The notes under the pieces were generated by a model. The model did not search any database. It had not been told where the DNA came from and was given only the letters and a program-made list of their open reading frames with translations. A program made the translations under genes and the position numbers. A DNA stretch of 22,562 nt from Candidatus Hodarchaeota archaeon (GTDB lineage: Archaea > Asgardarchaeota > Heimdallarchaeia > Hodarchaeales > Hodarchaeaceae). Shown here piece by piece: positions 7,918-15,419 of the stretch. Location: assembly GCA_016839815.1 (NCBI GenBank), contig JAEOTM010000035.1, positions 1 through 22,562 of the forward strand, in the 5' to 3' direction. Position 1 is the first letter of the stretch. Every line of letters starts with the position of its first letter.

Positions 7918-9351
7918 CTATAGATTCAGTTCTTTTAATTTACTTTTGTTTGCTGCCACTTTCTCTGGGGTGAGAGTATTCAGGAACCAAAAGACTATTA
8001 CACCACAGATCAAAATGAGAGCTGGAATCGTGGCTGTGTGAAGATGGATTCCAAAAGCGGCACTTTCAGATTGTGGTCTAACCTTTGGAACAAAACCAGT
8101 TAACTCGTGAACAAAGAGAAATATTAGAGCTTGAATAGCAATAGCTAATCTACCAAAGAACGCTCTGAATCCCATAAAGATCCCATCATTACGTCTACCT
8201 GTTTTTACTACGATTTCATCAATGACATCTGCTAAAGCAGGATTCATTAGCATCCAATATCCTCCAAAGCCAATACCCATTATAAACGCTAAGCTAGAAA
8301 ATTCTATGAGAGAATTGGCAAAAGTCATCGGAAGTAATGCTATTATCATAACTCCAGCAGTTATCATAAGCATACGCTGATTACTTAAAACCCTTTTAGC
8401 GAGTCTCAACCATATGGGGATTGTTAATAACGCTCCAAGTAAATAACCTACAAATATTAGCAAATTGGATGTATCAGGTGGTAAAATATAATCTCCGATA
8501 TATTCTATCGATGAGACTAAAGAAACTACTGCCGATTGGTAAAATAGGTAAAGTACTATCCATGCAAAGAAATTACGTGTTTTCAAGGCATTAATTAATT
8601 CTTTGAAAAATGATTCTTCTTCTTTCAGTTGCCTATCATGGAAGTATCTTTCAATCATATCAGGAGTTTCTCTTACACCTGCTATCATTAATAATGCTAC
8701 AAATAATCCTATCAAAGAGAATATAGCAGCAGCTGTAATATAGCTAGAGAAAACATTGGAATCAGTCAAGGTATCAGCCAATATAAAGCCAAGTGCTATT
8801 CCAAAAACTCCAATACCGGCTCCATAACCAGCTGTTCGATTTCTCAATTGTTCAGTACGAAATTTATCAGGAAAAACACTTTGATATGAAACATCCCATA
8901 AACTGAAGAGGAAATCGAAGATACAAATTGAGAAGAGTAACCATAAGAATACCATAATTTCTTCGGTGAAAGTTTCTGGGATAGCTAGTGTTTCTGGAAC
9001 TGCAAATATTATGATAAAGGAAATCGAATAAAGGAACGATCCGCCTAGAATCCAAGGAAATCGCCTACCAAATTTTTGTGTAAATCGTGTTTGTTTTTTT
9101 TCCGTGAAGTACCCGATCAATGGATCGTTGACAGCGTTCCATAGAGAGTACAGGATGAACGCTAACGCAGTTAATCCAAGATCAAGTTGAACAACATTTT
9201 CGTAGTAGAAAAAGCCTATTACAAGAAATGCTTGCCCGAAAAACTCCGCTAAGAATTTTCCTACTCCATATGATAACATAACTCTTTGTGACCAAATTCT
9301 GCTAAGAATTGTCCTAATCCTGATGATAACAATGCTCTTTGTGACAGACAT
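7918..9351 (-). CDS. MFS transporter, glycoside-pentoside-hexuronide (MelB-like) family
   Basis: About 12 hydrophobic segments. WNAVNDPLIGY, TRFTQKFGRRFPWI, LADVIDEIVVKTGRRNDGIFMG are characteristic GPH-family motifs. The start is uncertain because of a 5' tandem duplication. Confidence 0.9.
   Translation of the reverse strand: MSVTKSIVIIRIRTILSRIWSQRVMLSYGVGKFLAEFFGQAFLVIGFFYYENVVQLDLGLTALAFILYSLWNAVNDPLIGYFTEKKQTRFTQKFGRRFPWILGGSFLYSISFIIIFAVPETLAIPETFTEEIMVFLWLLFSICIFDFLFSLWDVSYQSVFPDKFRTEQLRNRTAGYGAGIGVFGIALGFILADTLTDSNVFSSYITAAAIFSLIGLFVALLMIAGVRETPDMIERYFHDRQLKEEESFFKELINALKTRNFFAWIVLYLFYQSAVVSLVSSIEYIGDYILPPDTSNLLIFVGYLLGALLTIPIWLRLAKRVLSNQRMLMITAGVMIIALLPMTFANSLIEFSSLAFIMGIGFGGYWMLMNPALADVIDEIVVKTGRRNDGIFMGFRAFFGRLAIAIQALIFLFVHELTGFVPKVRPQSESAAFGIHLHTATIPALILICGVIVFWFLNTLTPEKVAANKSKLKELNL
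9241..9345. repeat. Imperfect tandem duplication, 52-nt unit with 53-nt period
   Basis: 9241-9292 aaactccgctaagaattttcctactccatatgataacataactctttgtgac versus 9294-9345 aaattctgctaagaattgtcctaatcctgatgataacaatgctctttgtgac. 43/52 identical by hand alignment. Confidence 0.9.
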
Positions 9352-9381
9352 ATCAGCACCAATCTTATATGAGAATTTTGA

Positions 9382-9389
9382 GTATAAAT
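9382..9389 (-). promoter_or_regulatory. Putative TATA box for the MFS gene
   Basis: ATTTATAC on the minus strand ~31-38 nt upstream of ATG 9351. GGTG RBS-like motif at 9360-9357. Confidence 0.4.
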
Positions 9390-9594
9390 TTTACTTAGTT
9401 CGATTTTTTAACGGTATTCTTTTCTAAGAACAGAGTCTTTTTTGAGTTCTTCGCAATGTTTCTCCTTTTCGATACACGAACTATTGAGAGGAGAGAATAG
9501 AAACAACAGGGAAATGTATTCTGGAGTCAAATTCTGTTGAATTCAGGTTTATTCACGAGTATTGAAATGTAAAATTGGAATTTCTACAATTTCG

Positions 9595-9626
9595 AAAAAA
9601 GGGAAAAAAGAAGGGAGAAAAGGAAA
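9595..9626 (-). terminator. Long pyrimidine/U-tract terminator of the surface-protein gene
   Basis: Minus strand TTTCCTTTTCTCCCTTCTTTTTTCCCTTTTTT immediately after TAA at 9627-9629. Confidence 0.6.
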
Positions 9627-11948
9627 TTATTTCCTTTTACGTAGGTAGACAATGGTGAGGATCACTATTGGTAGAAGGTACAGTTCAAAACCAGGGGATA
9701 ATGAGGGGATTGTAGTGGTTTGAGGATCCTCTGATGTAAGAGGTTTTTCAGGAAGAACTTCAAACTCAAACTCTGTATAATACTGCCCTGCAGTGGAATT
9801 GACAATCATCCAGAGTTTATATTGACCAACTGTATCAAAAGTGAGATTAAATCCAGCTTGCCAAGTGTCACCTGGATAAAGAGTATGAACCATTTCTTCA
9901 AATACAGGAGTGTCAGTTCCTTGTTGATCGGATACGGAAGCGATCACATAGAAATCATGTGTTTCATTGGAATAATTAGTTACTCGTAAAACTCCAATTT
10001 CAGTTTCATTGACTGTTATCGAAGAGGAAAAATCAATAGATAGTGCCATATCTCCTTCATAGATATCCCACCAGCAATAACATTCCCAGTTAACGGAGTG
10101 ATCATTTGCATCTTCCAGATAGAAATAGACATCATAAAAACCTGGTTCGTGGAATGTGAAATAGAGGGAATAGACCCATTCAGCTTCAGGTTCTAGGATA
10201 ATGTCATGCATTTCATCGTTAAATAGTACTACACCCTGATGTTCAATTACAATTTCTATGTTGACAAGTAGTGGTTCAGCAAAGTGGGTCTTGACATGGA
10301 ATTCATGGTAGACTTCCTGCCCTACTAGAGCTTCGTAGTCTTGATTAATCCACATTTCTATTGCATCTCCAGGCTTATCATAAACTTCCCACCAACAGGT
10401 GGCCGTCCATCGTTCACCAGTTGCTAATCTCACGTAGAAAAAGACGTAATAATCTCCAGGTTCATAGAAAGTATATTCAGTAGATGTCCACCAATAATTC
10501 TGAGAATAGAGAGTGGTATTGGAACTCCAATAGAGAGAATGATTTCCAGAGGTAGGTGTAGCTATTTCAACATAGATTTCGACATTAGTAAGGGGATATG
10601 AGAAATTGGAATAGACTTGGAAATCTATCCATCGTGTTTCACCAACTTCAGCATTCATATCTTGGAAGATTTGGAGCCAGAGGAATTCAGGGTCATCAAA
10701 TACTTCGTACCAACACGAAGTTACCCATTGATCCCCAATATCGTCAGTTAAAGTAAGCTGGACATCATAATGACCAGATTCTGGGAAAAGATAATTTAAA
10801 TTGATTGTCCAGACACCACCAGCAGGAATGAGAACTGAAGAATTGGAATATAGGACTGTAGTTGTAGAAGGACCAAACATTTCGATTTTTATTGTAACAT
10901 TCATATCATGACCAAAATAGGATTCGACGTAAAAATACATCCAAGAATAGTTACCAACTAAGCCAAAATTGTCTTGATCAATCCATAGATAGAAATGCTC
11001 GGGTTCTACTTCCCAATAACACCACTTATCCCATACTTCTCCAATATCATCAATCAAATACAGAAAAACGTCATAATGGCCAGAATAAGTAAATGTATAA
11101 CCTAAAGTAATATTCCAATGGCCATAATTCGAGATATAAACATTTTCGTTGTAGTAGAGAGAACTATTAGACTCTGGGCCAACCATGACTACACCAATAG
11201 TTACATTGGGCATGGTATGATTGAAGTAAGATAGTACATTGAATGTCATCCAACGTGTTTCACCTACACGAGCATAATAATCTTGATCTATCCAGAGTTC
11301 AAAGTATTCTGGAATTTCAAAATCTGAGGTAATCTCAATATCATCAAGGCACCAGCCTCGATAGTTATTTGCCGCAGAATCCACAGTGTCAAATGAGAAT
11401 TTAATATACACATTGCTCGAATTAAGATAGGAACTAATATCAAAATAAATTAACTGCCAAGAGGGTTCTCCCTCAACAATTACATTCCCAAGATACGACC
11501 AAGAAATTCCTCCATCAATTGATATCAGAATATTTTTTTGATCGTAATAATCTCCTTCTTCTGTTTCTGCCCAAGACCAGAAAGTAAGAAAGGTTTGTCC
11601 TGTAAAACCAGTTAAGTCAAGTCTATCTGATATTAGCTCACCTAAGTTTGGAGTATCGGTATTATTAATGTCATATGTCTCATAGTTTTCTGTGGTAGCA
11701 TTACCATACCAGGCATATTTTGTGCCACTTGGAATTCCACCTAATGGATCTGAAGCGTTGTTATAATCTTCAACATGCCAAAGACCTGTCGCTGTCCATG
11801 CGGAGAAAGCAGATCCCTCAAAATCTTCAAAATAATCGTCCCCAAGACTCGCGGTTACAGGTAAGGGTTCTTTTGGTAGGAAAATTCCAATAAACAACAA
11901 TAAACAAAGAAGTCCAAATAAACTTTGTACTTTCACATTAAACACCAA
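9627..11948 (-). CDS. Membrane-anchored surface glycoprotein: signal peptide, MAM/cleaved-adhesin-like beta-sandwich, five Ig-like repeats, PGF-type C-terminal sorting signal
   Basis: N-terminal hydrophobic stretch LFGLLCLLLFIGIFL. Residues ~38-207 run from YFEDFE through LISDRLDL, ISIDGGISW and GWCLDDIEI. Five ~103-aa repeats follow. The C-terminus is TTTIPSLSPGF plus a TM helix plus RKRK. 19 N-x-S/T sequons by hand count. TTG/GTG start. Confidence 0.85.
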   Translation of the reverse strand: MVFNVKVQSLFGLLCLLLFIGIFLPKEPLPVTASLGDDYFEDFEGSAFSAWTATGLWHVEDYNNASDPLGGIPSGTKYAWYGNATTENYETYDINNTDTPNLGELISDRLDLTGFTGQTFLTFWSWAETEEGDYYDQKNILISIDGGISWSYLGNVIVEGEPSWQLIYFDISSYLNSSNVYIKFSFDTVDSAANNYRGWCLDDIEITSDFEIPEYFELWIDQDYYARVGETRWMTFNVLSYFNHTMPNVTIGVVMVGPESNSSLYYNENVYISNYGHWNITLGYTFTYSGHYDVFLYLIDDIGEVWDKWCYWEVEPEHFYLWIDQDNFGLVGNYSWMYFYVESYFGHDMNVTIKIEMFGPSTTTVLYSNSSVLIPAGGVWTINLNYLFPESGHYDVQLTLTDDIGDQWVTSCWYEVFDDPEFLWLQIFQDMNAEVGETRWIDFQVYSNFSYPLTNVEIYVEIATPTSGNHSLYWSSNTTLYSQNYWWTSTEYTFYEPGDYYVFFYVRLATGERWTATCWWEVYDKPGDAIEMWINQDYEALVGQEVYHEFHVKTHFAEPLLVNIEIVIEHQGVVLFNDEMHDIILEPEAEWVYSLYFTFHEPGFYDVYFYLEDANDHSVNWECYCWWDIYEGDMALSIDFSSSITVNETEIGVLRVTNYSNETHDFYVIASVSDQQGTDTPVFEEMVHTLYPGDTWQAGFNLTFDTVGQYKLWMIVNSTAGQYYTEFEFEVLPEKPLTSEDPQTTTIPSLSPGFELYLLPIVILTIVYLRKRK
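9756..11306 (-). repeat. Five tandem ~103-107 aa Ig-like (CARDB-like) protein repeats, aa ~215-731
   Basis: Repeats begin LWIDQD, LWIDQD, LQIFQD, MWINQD, LSIDFS. They share F-x-x-[SP]-G-x-Y-x-V (TFDTVGQYKL in repeat 5) and end CYWEV, CWYEV, CWWEV, CWWDI, FEFEV. Short DNA-level identities remain between repeats (cgtgtttcacc occurs in repeats 1 and 3). Confidence 0.85.
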
Positions 11949-11954
11949 AAATAG

Positions 11955-11988
11955 TACTTGAATATAAATTCAAGTAAGGCCTACTTGA
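11955..11988. promoter_or_regulatory. Operator-like array of three TACTTGA half-sites overlapping a TATA box
   Basis: TACTTGAAT-ataa-ATTCAAGTA is a perfect 9-bp inverted repeat (11955-11976) containing minus-strand TTTATA. TCAAGTA-aggcc-TACTTGA (11970-11988) follows and shares the middle half-site. Confidence 0.55.
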
Positions 11989-12119
11989 GTGAGTAGTCTA
12001 GAATTTAAAAATCAGTCTGAATGGATTTTCCGCCATCGAAAACAAACTAGAGAAATTCTTCGATTGTGATAATATTTTTCAACAATAAATCATTAAAAGT
12101 TGGCCAAAACTCAAAGAAT

Positions 12120-12863
12120 ATGAGTAGAATGGATTCAAAAAAAAAGCCGATTTTGGAATTTGCTAATCCCATCCGAATCGATATTCTTCAAAAGTTAAGC
12201 ATCTTTCCATCTTCATTTACTTCCCTCACAAAACAATTAGCGATCTCCAATTCAGAAGTCTCCCGCCATATCAATAGACTTATAGAGCAGAAGCTTGTAG
12301 AAAAAGAATCAGGGTCAAAAAATTTAAAATTAACTTCTTTTGGAGAACTTTTAATTGGTGTTTATTCCCCTCTTGACTTTATCTTTTATTATGCTGATTA
12401 TTTTAAGGAACATGATTTAATTGATCTTCCTATATCCTTTTTACGGAATTTAGATTATCTTATGAATAGTGAATTAATACAGGGGTCGGGAAATGTGATG
12501 TTGAAACTACAAGAGATTACAGAGGGATTAAAAAGTGAAGTATGGATCATGACTGATCAAGCGTTCCCAGTTGGTAAACTTTCGATGGATACACGTTATT
12601 TGGTGCCACCAGAGATGGCAAAATTTCGTCCTAATATTGAAAATTTTAATCGGAGTACTCTTGCACGTGTTTTACCTCATATTTCCACTGCTCTATTAGT
12701 AGCAGATGGTGAAACGGGAATGATATTCTTCTCCGATACTAAGGGAACACCTGATTTTACAAAGGGATTCTATGTGCAAAAAGGAGATGAAGAAGGCATT
12801 AAGTATCTTTTACGTATATGGGAATATTATTGGGAAAGAGGGGAAATACCTATGGAGAAGTAG
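12120..12863 (+). CDS. ArsR-like winged helix-turn-helix transcriptional regulator with archaeal C-terminal effector domain (DUF1724/TrmB-sensor-like)
   Basis: FANPIRIDILQKL...FTSLTKQLAISNSEVSRHINRLIEQKLVEK...LTSFG is a wHTH. It is followed by YFKEHDLIDLP and a C-terminal IWEYYWERG. ATG 12120 or 12129 is likelier than the GTG at 12066. Confidence 0.8.
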   Translation: MSRMDSKKKPILEFANPIRIDILQKLSIFPSSFTSLTKQLAISNSEVSRHINRLIEQKLVEKESGSKNLKLTSFGELLIGVYSPLDFIFYYADYFKEHDLIDLPISFLRNLDYLMNSELIQGSGNVMLKLQEITEGLKSEVWIMTDQAFPVGKLSMDTRYLVPPEMAKFRPNIENFNRSTLARVLPHISTALLVADGETGMIFFSDTKGTPDFTKGFYVQKGDEEGIKYLLRIWEYYWERGEIPMEK

Positions 12864-12887
12864 AGAGTATTTTGGTTGTTTTGATCA

Positions 12888-12904
12888 ATCCGAGAATTTC
12901 GGAT
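12888..12904. promoter_or_regulatory. Palindrome, candidate operator upstream of the 75-aa/293-aa operon
   Basis: ATCCGA-gaatt-TCGGAT, perfect 6-bp arms, in the 114-nt gap after the regulator. Confidence 0.4.
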
Positions 12905-12977
12905 GATTCCAAATTTTATCGAGAGTTGTTAGAAAGATAATATTAATTCTTCATTTGACTCGTTAATTAGAGAAAAA

Positions 12978-13205
12978 ATGGCTAAAATTCAGAAATTGAT
13001 TCTTTCCTTAAGCAATCAGGAAGCAATTCAGAGTCTCTCATGGGATAAAACACTATCCAATAATTTTGCACTAATTGTTGCAATGGATAAGGTAAATCAA
13101 ATCAAAATAGTTTCAGAATCGATTTTAGTAATAGAATTTGAAACAGGAGAATTAAGGCTAGATATTGATCTCACTAAACTACAAAACATCAAGTATGTGA
13201 ACTAA
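12978..13205 (+). CDS. Small hypothetical protein, 75 aa, beta-rich
   Basis: ATG start. Its stop is 1 nt before the next ATG. The C-terminal ILVIEFETGELRLDI pattern looks like a beta-hairpin. Confidence 0.7.
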   Translation: MAKIQKLILSLSNQEAIQSLSWDKTLSNNFALIVAMDKVNQIKIVSESILVIEFETGELRLDIDLTKLQNIKYVN

Positions 13206-13206
13206 T

Positions 13207-14088
13207 ATGGAATCTCAATCAAAAGTTGAATCATTTGAAAGACTAGTGATCAGCACAACAGCATTAATTGTAGCGATGTTATTGATCCTTTTGTCTTTGC
13301 TTGGACCCCTAGGATTGGACATCCTTCAGCACAGAACCTCTCCTTCTGCGATTTCTCAAACTCAAGGTCAAGATCTTGTCAACCTAATATTACTTGCACC
13401 TTTATGTTTGATTGGAGGAGTGTTGCACTTAAGAAGGAAATCTGAAGCAAAATATTTTCTTATTTTAGTAGGAATATATGTATGCCTATATACAGGACTT
13501 GCGTACGGAATCGGTCAGGAATGGAACCATCCAGCTTATACAGGGAATGTTGAACAGTATTATTGGCTCTTTCTATCACTAATTATTGGAGGTTTAATCC
13601 TTTTTATGGGTAGTCTGGGAATGTTTCATGAAAATGATGCTCCTGAATTTAATACACGAAATTTAAGAATTTATGCTGGTCTCATGACCTTTTTCTTGTT
13701 ATTCTTTGTATCAATGTGGCTTCAGGAGATCTTAGAGGTAGTGACGACAGGTGATACTTCAACGGGGTCGTATCAAGAATCACCTAACGTATTTTGGGTA
13801 ATACGTTACTTTGATTTAGGATTAACAATTCCCCTGGGTTTTATCGGATTATATCTTCTCCTAACAAGACCCAAGAAAGCCTATCCACTGATGTTGGCTT
13901 TTTATGGATTTTTCGTTACTCTTTCTACTGCAGTTGTCTGTATGGCTTTGGTGATGGTTTTAAATGAAGATCCAAACTTGCAAGCTGAAGGATTTTTCAT
14001 TTTTTCAGTTTTAGCCATATTAGCATATGCTGGTTTATTTTATCTCATCAAACCTAAGTTTTTGAAATGGTGGAAGACACGAAGATAA
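13207..14088 (+). CDS. Uncharacterised polytopic membrane protein (~8 TM), paralog A
   Basis: Multiple hydrophobic segments. Aligns end to end with 15420-16334 (GPLG, RTS, GQDLxNL, IGxEW, FWxIxxFDL). Confidence 0.85.
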   Translation: MESQSKVESFERLVISTTALIVAMLLILLSLLGPLGLDILQHRTSPSAISQTQGQDLVNLILLAPLCLIGGVLHLRRKSEAKYFLILVGIYVCLYTGLAYGIGQEWNHPAYTGNVEQYYWLFLSLIIGGLILFMGSLGMFHENDAPEFNTRNLRIYAGLMTFFLLFFVSMWLQEILEVVTTGDTSTGSYQESPNVFWVIRYFDLGLTIPLGFIGLYLLLTRPKKAYPLMLAFYGFFVTLSTAVVCMALVMVLNEDPNLQAEGFFIFSVLAILAYAGLFYLIKPKFLKWWKTRR

Positions 14089-14111
14089 TCAGAGAGGATA
14101 TTACGGGAGGG

Positions 14112-14127
14112 TTTTTTAATTTTTTTT
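14112..14127 (+). terminator. U-tract terminator
   Basis: TTTTTTAATTTTTTTT starting 24 nt after the stop at 14088. Confidence 0.55.
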
Positions 14128-14230
14128 AAATTGATGCAGAGTATCTCTCCTAAAATTCATAATAATCGGATTATACCTTCTAAATATTGCACGTTTCAAG
14201 TATCACTCTGAAAAACAGATAAAAACAAAG

Positions 14231-14644
14231 ATGAAAATACTTAAGGTGAGGGACTTAGGGTCGAATTCTAGAGGATTTACAGTGAGTTATATATATTGTG
14301 AAGCCTGTGGGGAAAAAAACAACGCTTTATTCTCAAACTGTAAGAATTGCAACTCTAAATTAAACGGTGAGGGAACACCCCAATCAGAAAAAGCTTTACA
14401 ACAAAGAAAAAAATTTCAAAGAAGAAAGAAAGTGCTTTATATAGCTAGAATCTGTTACGGGTTCATTAGTCTTTTTGTAGGAGTATTCATTAGCTTTTCA
14501 ACAAATCCAAGAAATCAATACCATTTTAATATTGTGTTAATAGGTTTTATATTCATAATCATTGGGATAATTTCACTTATTATTGGATTTTTAACTTTAT
14601 TTGATGTGATCAGCTTGGAAAGGGAAGATGGATCCCCTAGATGA
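14231..14644 (+). CDS. Zinc-ribbon protein with two C-terminal TM helices
   Basis: CEAC-x10-CKNC zinc ribbon, basic RKKFQRRKK stretch, two hydrophobic segments. The real start may be GTG 14282, just before the first CxxC. Confidence 0.75.
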   Translation: MKILKVRDLGSNSRGFTVSYIYCEACGEKNNALFSNCKNCNSKLNGEGTPQSEKALQQRKKFQRRKKVLYIARICYGFISLFVGVFISFSTNPRNQYHFNIVLIGFIFIIIGIISLIIGFLTLFDVISLEREDGSPR

Positions 14645-14949
14645 AAGTTAATTTTCGCTGAATTAGTAGGCTTTAATATCTATTAAGTAAGAAAATTCAT
14701 AATTGGAACCCCTTAAGTGTTTTAGTCCACAAGATTTCTAAATAGAAAAATTCGGTTCTAGAGAGGATACACGGGTTGCTTGTTATAAACCGCACAATTC
14801 CTCTGTTAAAACCTACTTTCGAATGATTGATTATCCCAGGTCCATATTTCATGACTGATTAATGGGAGAGATCCTGGAACCAGCATTGTAAAACAGATCA
14901 ATCTCCCTCAATGTAAATTCTTAAATACCCACTAACTTGGATAAGAGTC

Positions 14950-15390
14950 ATGCAACCTAATTTATCAGAAACAGCAAAAGATACTATGTCAAAAAAAGGG
15001 TATAACTGTTCCCAAGCAATATTTGCCACTTATGGAGGACAAATGGGCCTAGGAACAGTTGACTATGATACCTGTTTGAAGATTTCTTCAGCATTTGGTG
15101 GTGGAATTGTTCGAACGGGAAATATTTGTGGGGCTTTAACTGGTGCACTGATGGTAATCGGTCTTAAATACAGTGGAGACAAAGGAAAAAATCAAGAAGA
15201 AGTTAACCGAGTTGGAGGACAATTTTTAAATGAATTTAAATCTCTTAACGGATCAATAATCTGTAGAGAGCTTATCAAACACGATTTAATATCGAAAGAA
15301 GATGTAGAACATGCATTCAAGACAGGAGCATTTGGTAACTGTCCAAAATTCGTTAAAGAAGTCTCTAAGATGCTCGAGAAACTGTTATAA
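14950..15390 (+). CDS. C-GCAxxG-C-C family putative redox-active protein
   Basis: GYNCSQAI, SAFGGGI, GNICGALTGA, GSIICREL and NCPKFV give the full four-Cys signature. TTAAATA box at 14921-14927. Confidence 0.9.
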   Translation: MQPNLSETAKDTMSKKGYNCSQAIFATYGGQMGLGTVDYDTCLKISSAFGGGIVRTGNICGALTGALMVIGLKYSGDKGKNQEEVNRVGGQFLNEFKSLNGSIICRELIKHDLISKEDVEHAFKTGAFGNCPKFVKEVSKMLEKLL

Positions 15391-15419
15391 GATTCTCAAA
15401 TTCTTCTAGTGTAAAGAAC

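Noticed and set aside
7601-9055. Short ORFs 7601-7789 and 8867-9055
   Set aside because: Antisense to hisS or out of frame within the MFS gene; no independent support.
9241-9345. Diversity-generating retroelement TR/VR interpretation of the tandem duplication
   Set aside because: The nine mismatches are not adenine-specific on either strand, and there is no reverse transcriptase in the window.
14760-14830. Fluoride-riboswitch-like TAAACCGC word
   Set aside because: The required upstream GATGG and pseudoknot segments are absent.
14950-15390. Selenoprotein form of the C-GCAxxG-C-C protein
   Set aside because: All signature positions are Cys codons, there is no in-frame TGA and the gene ends in TAA.
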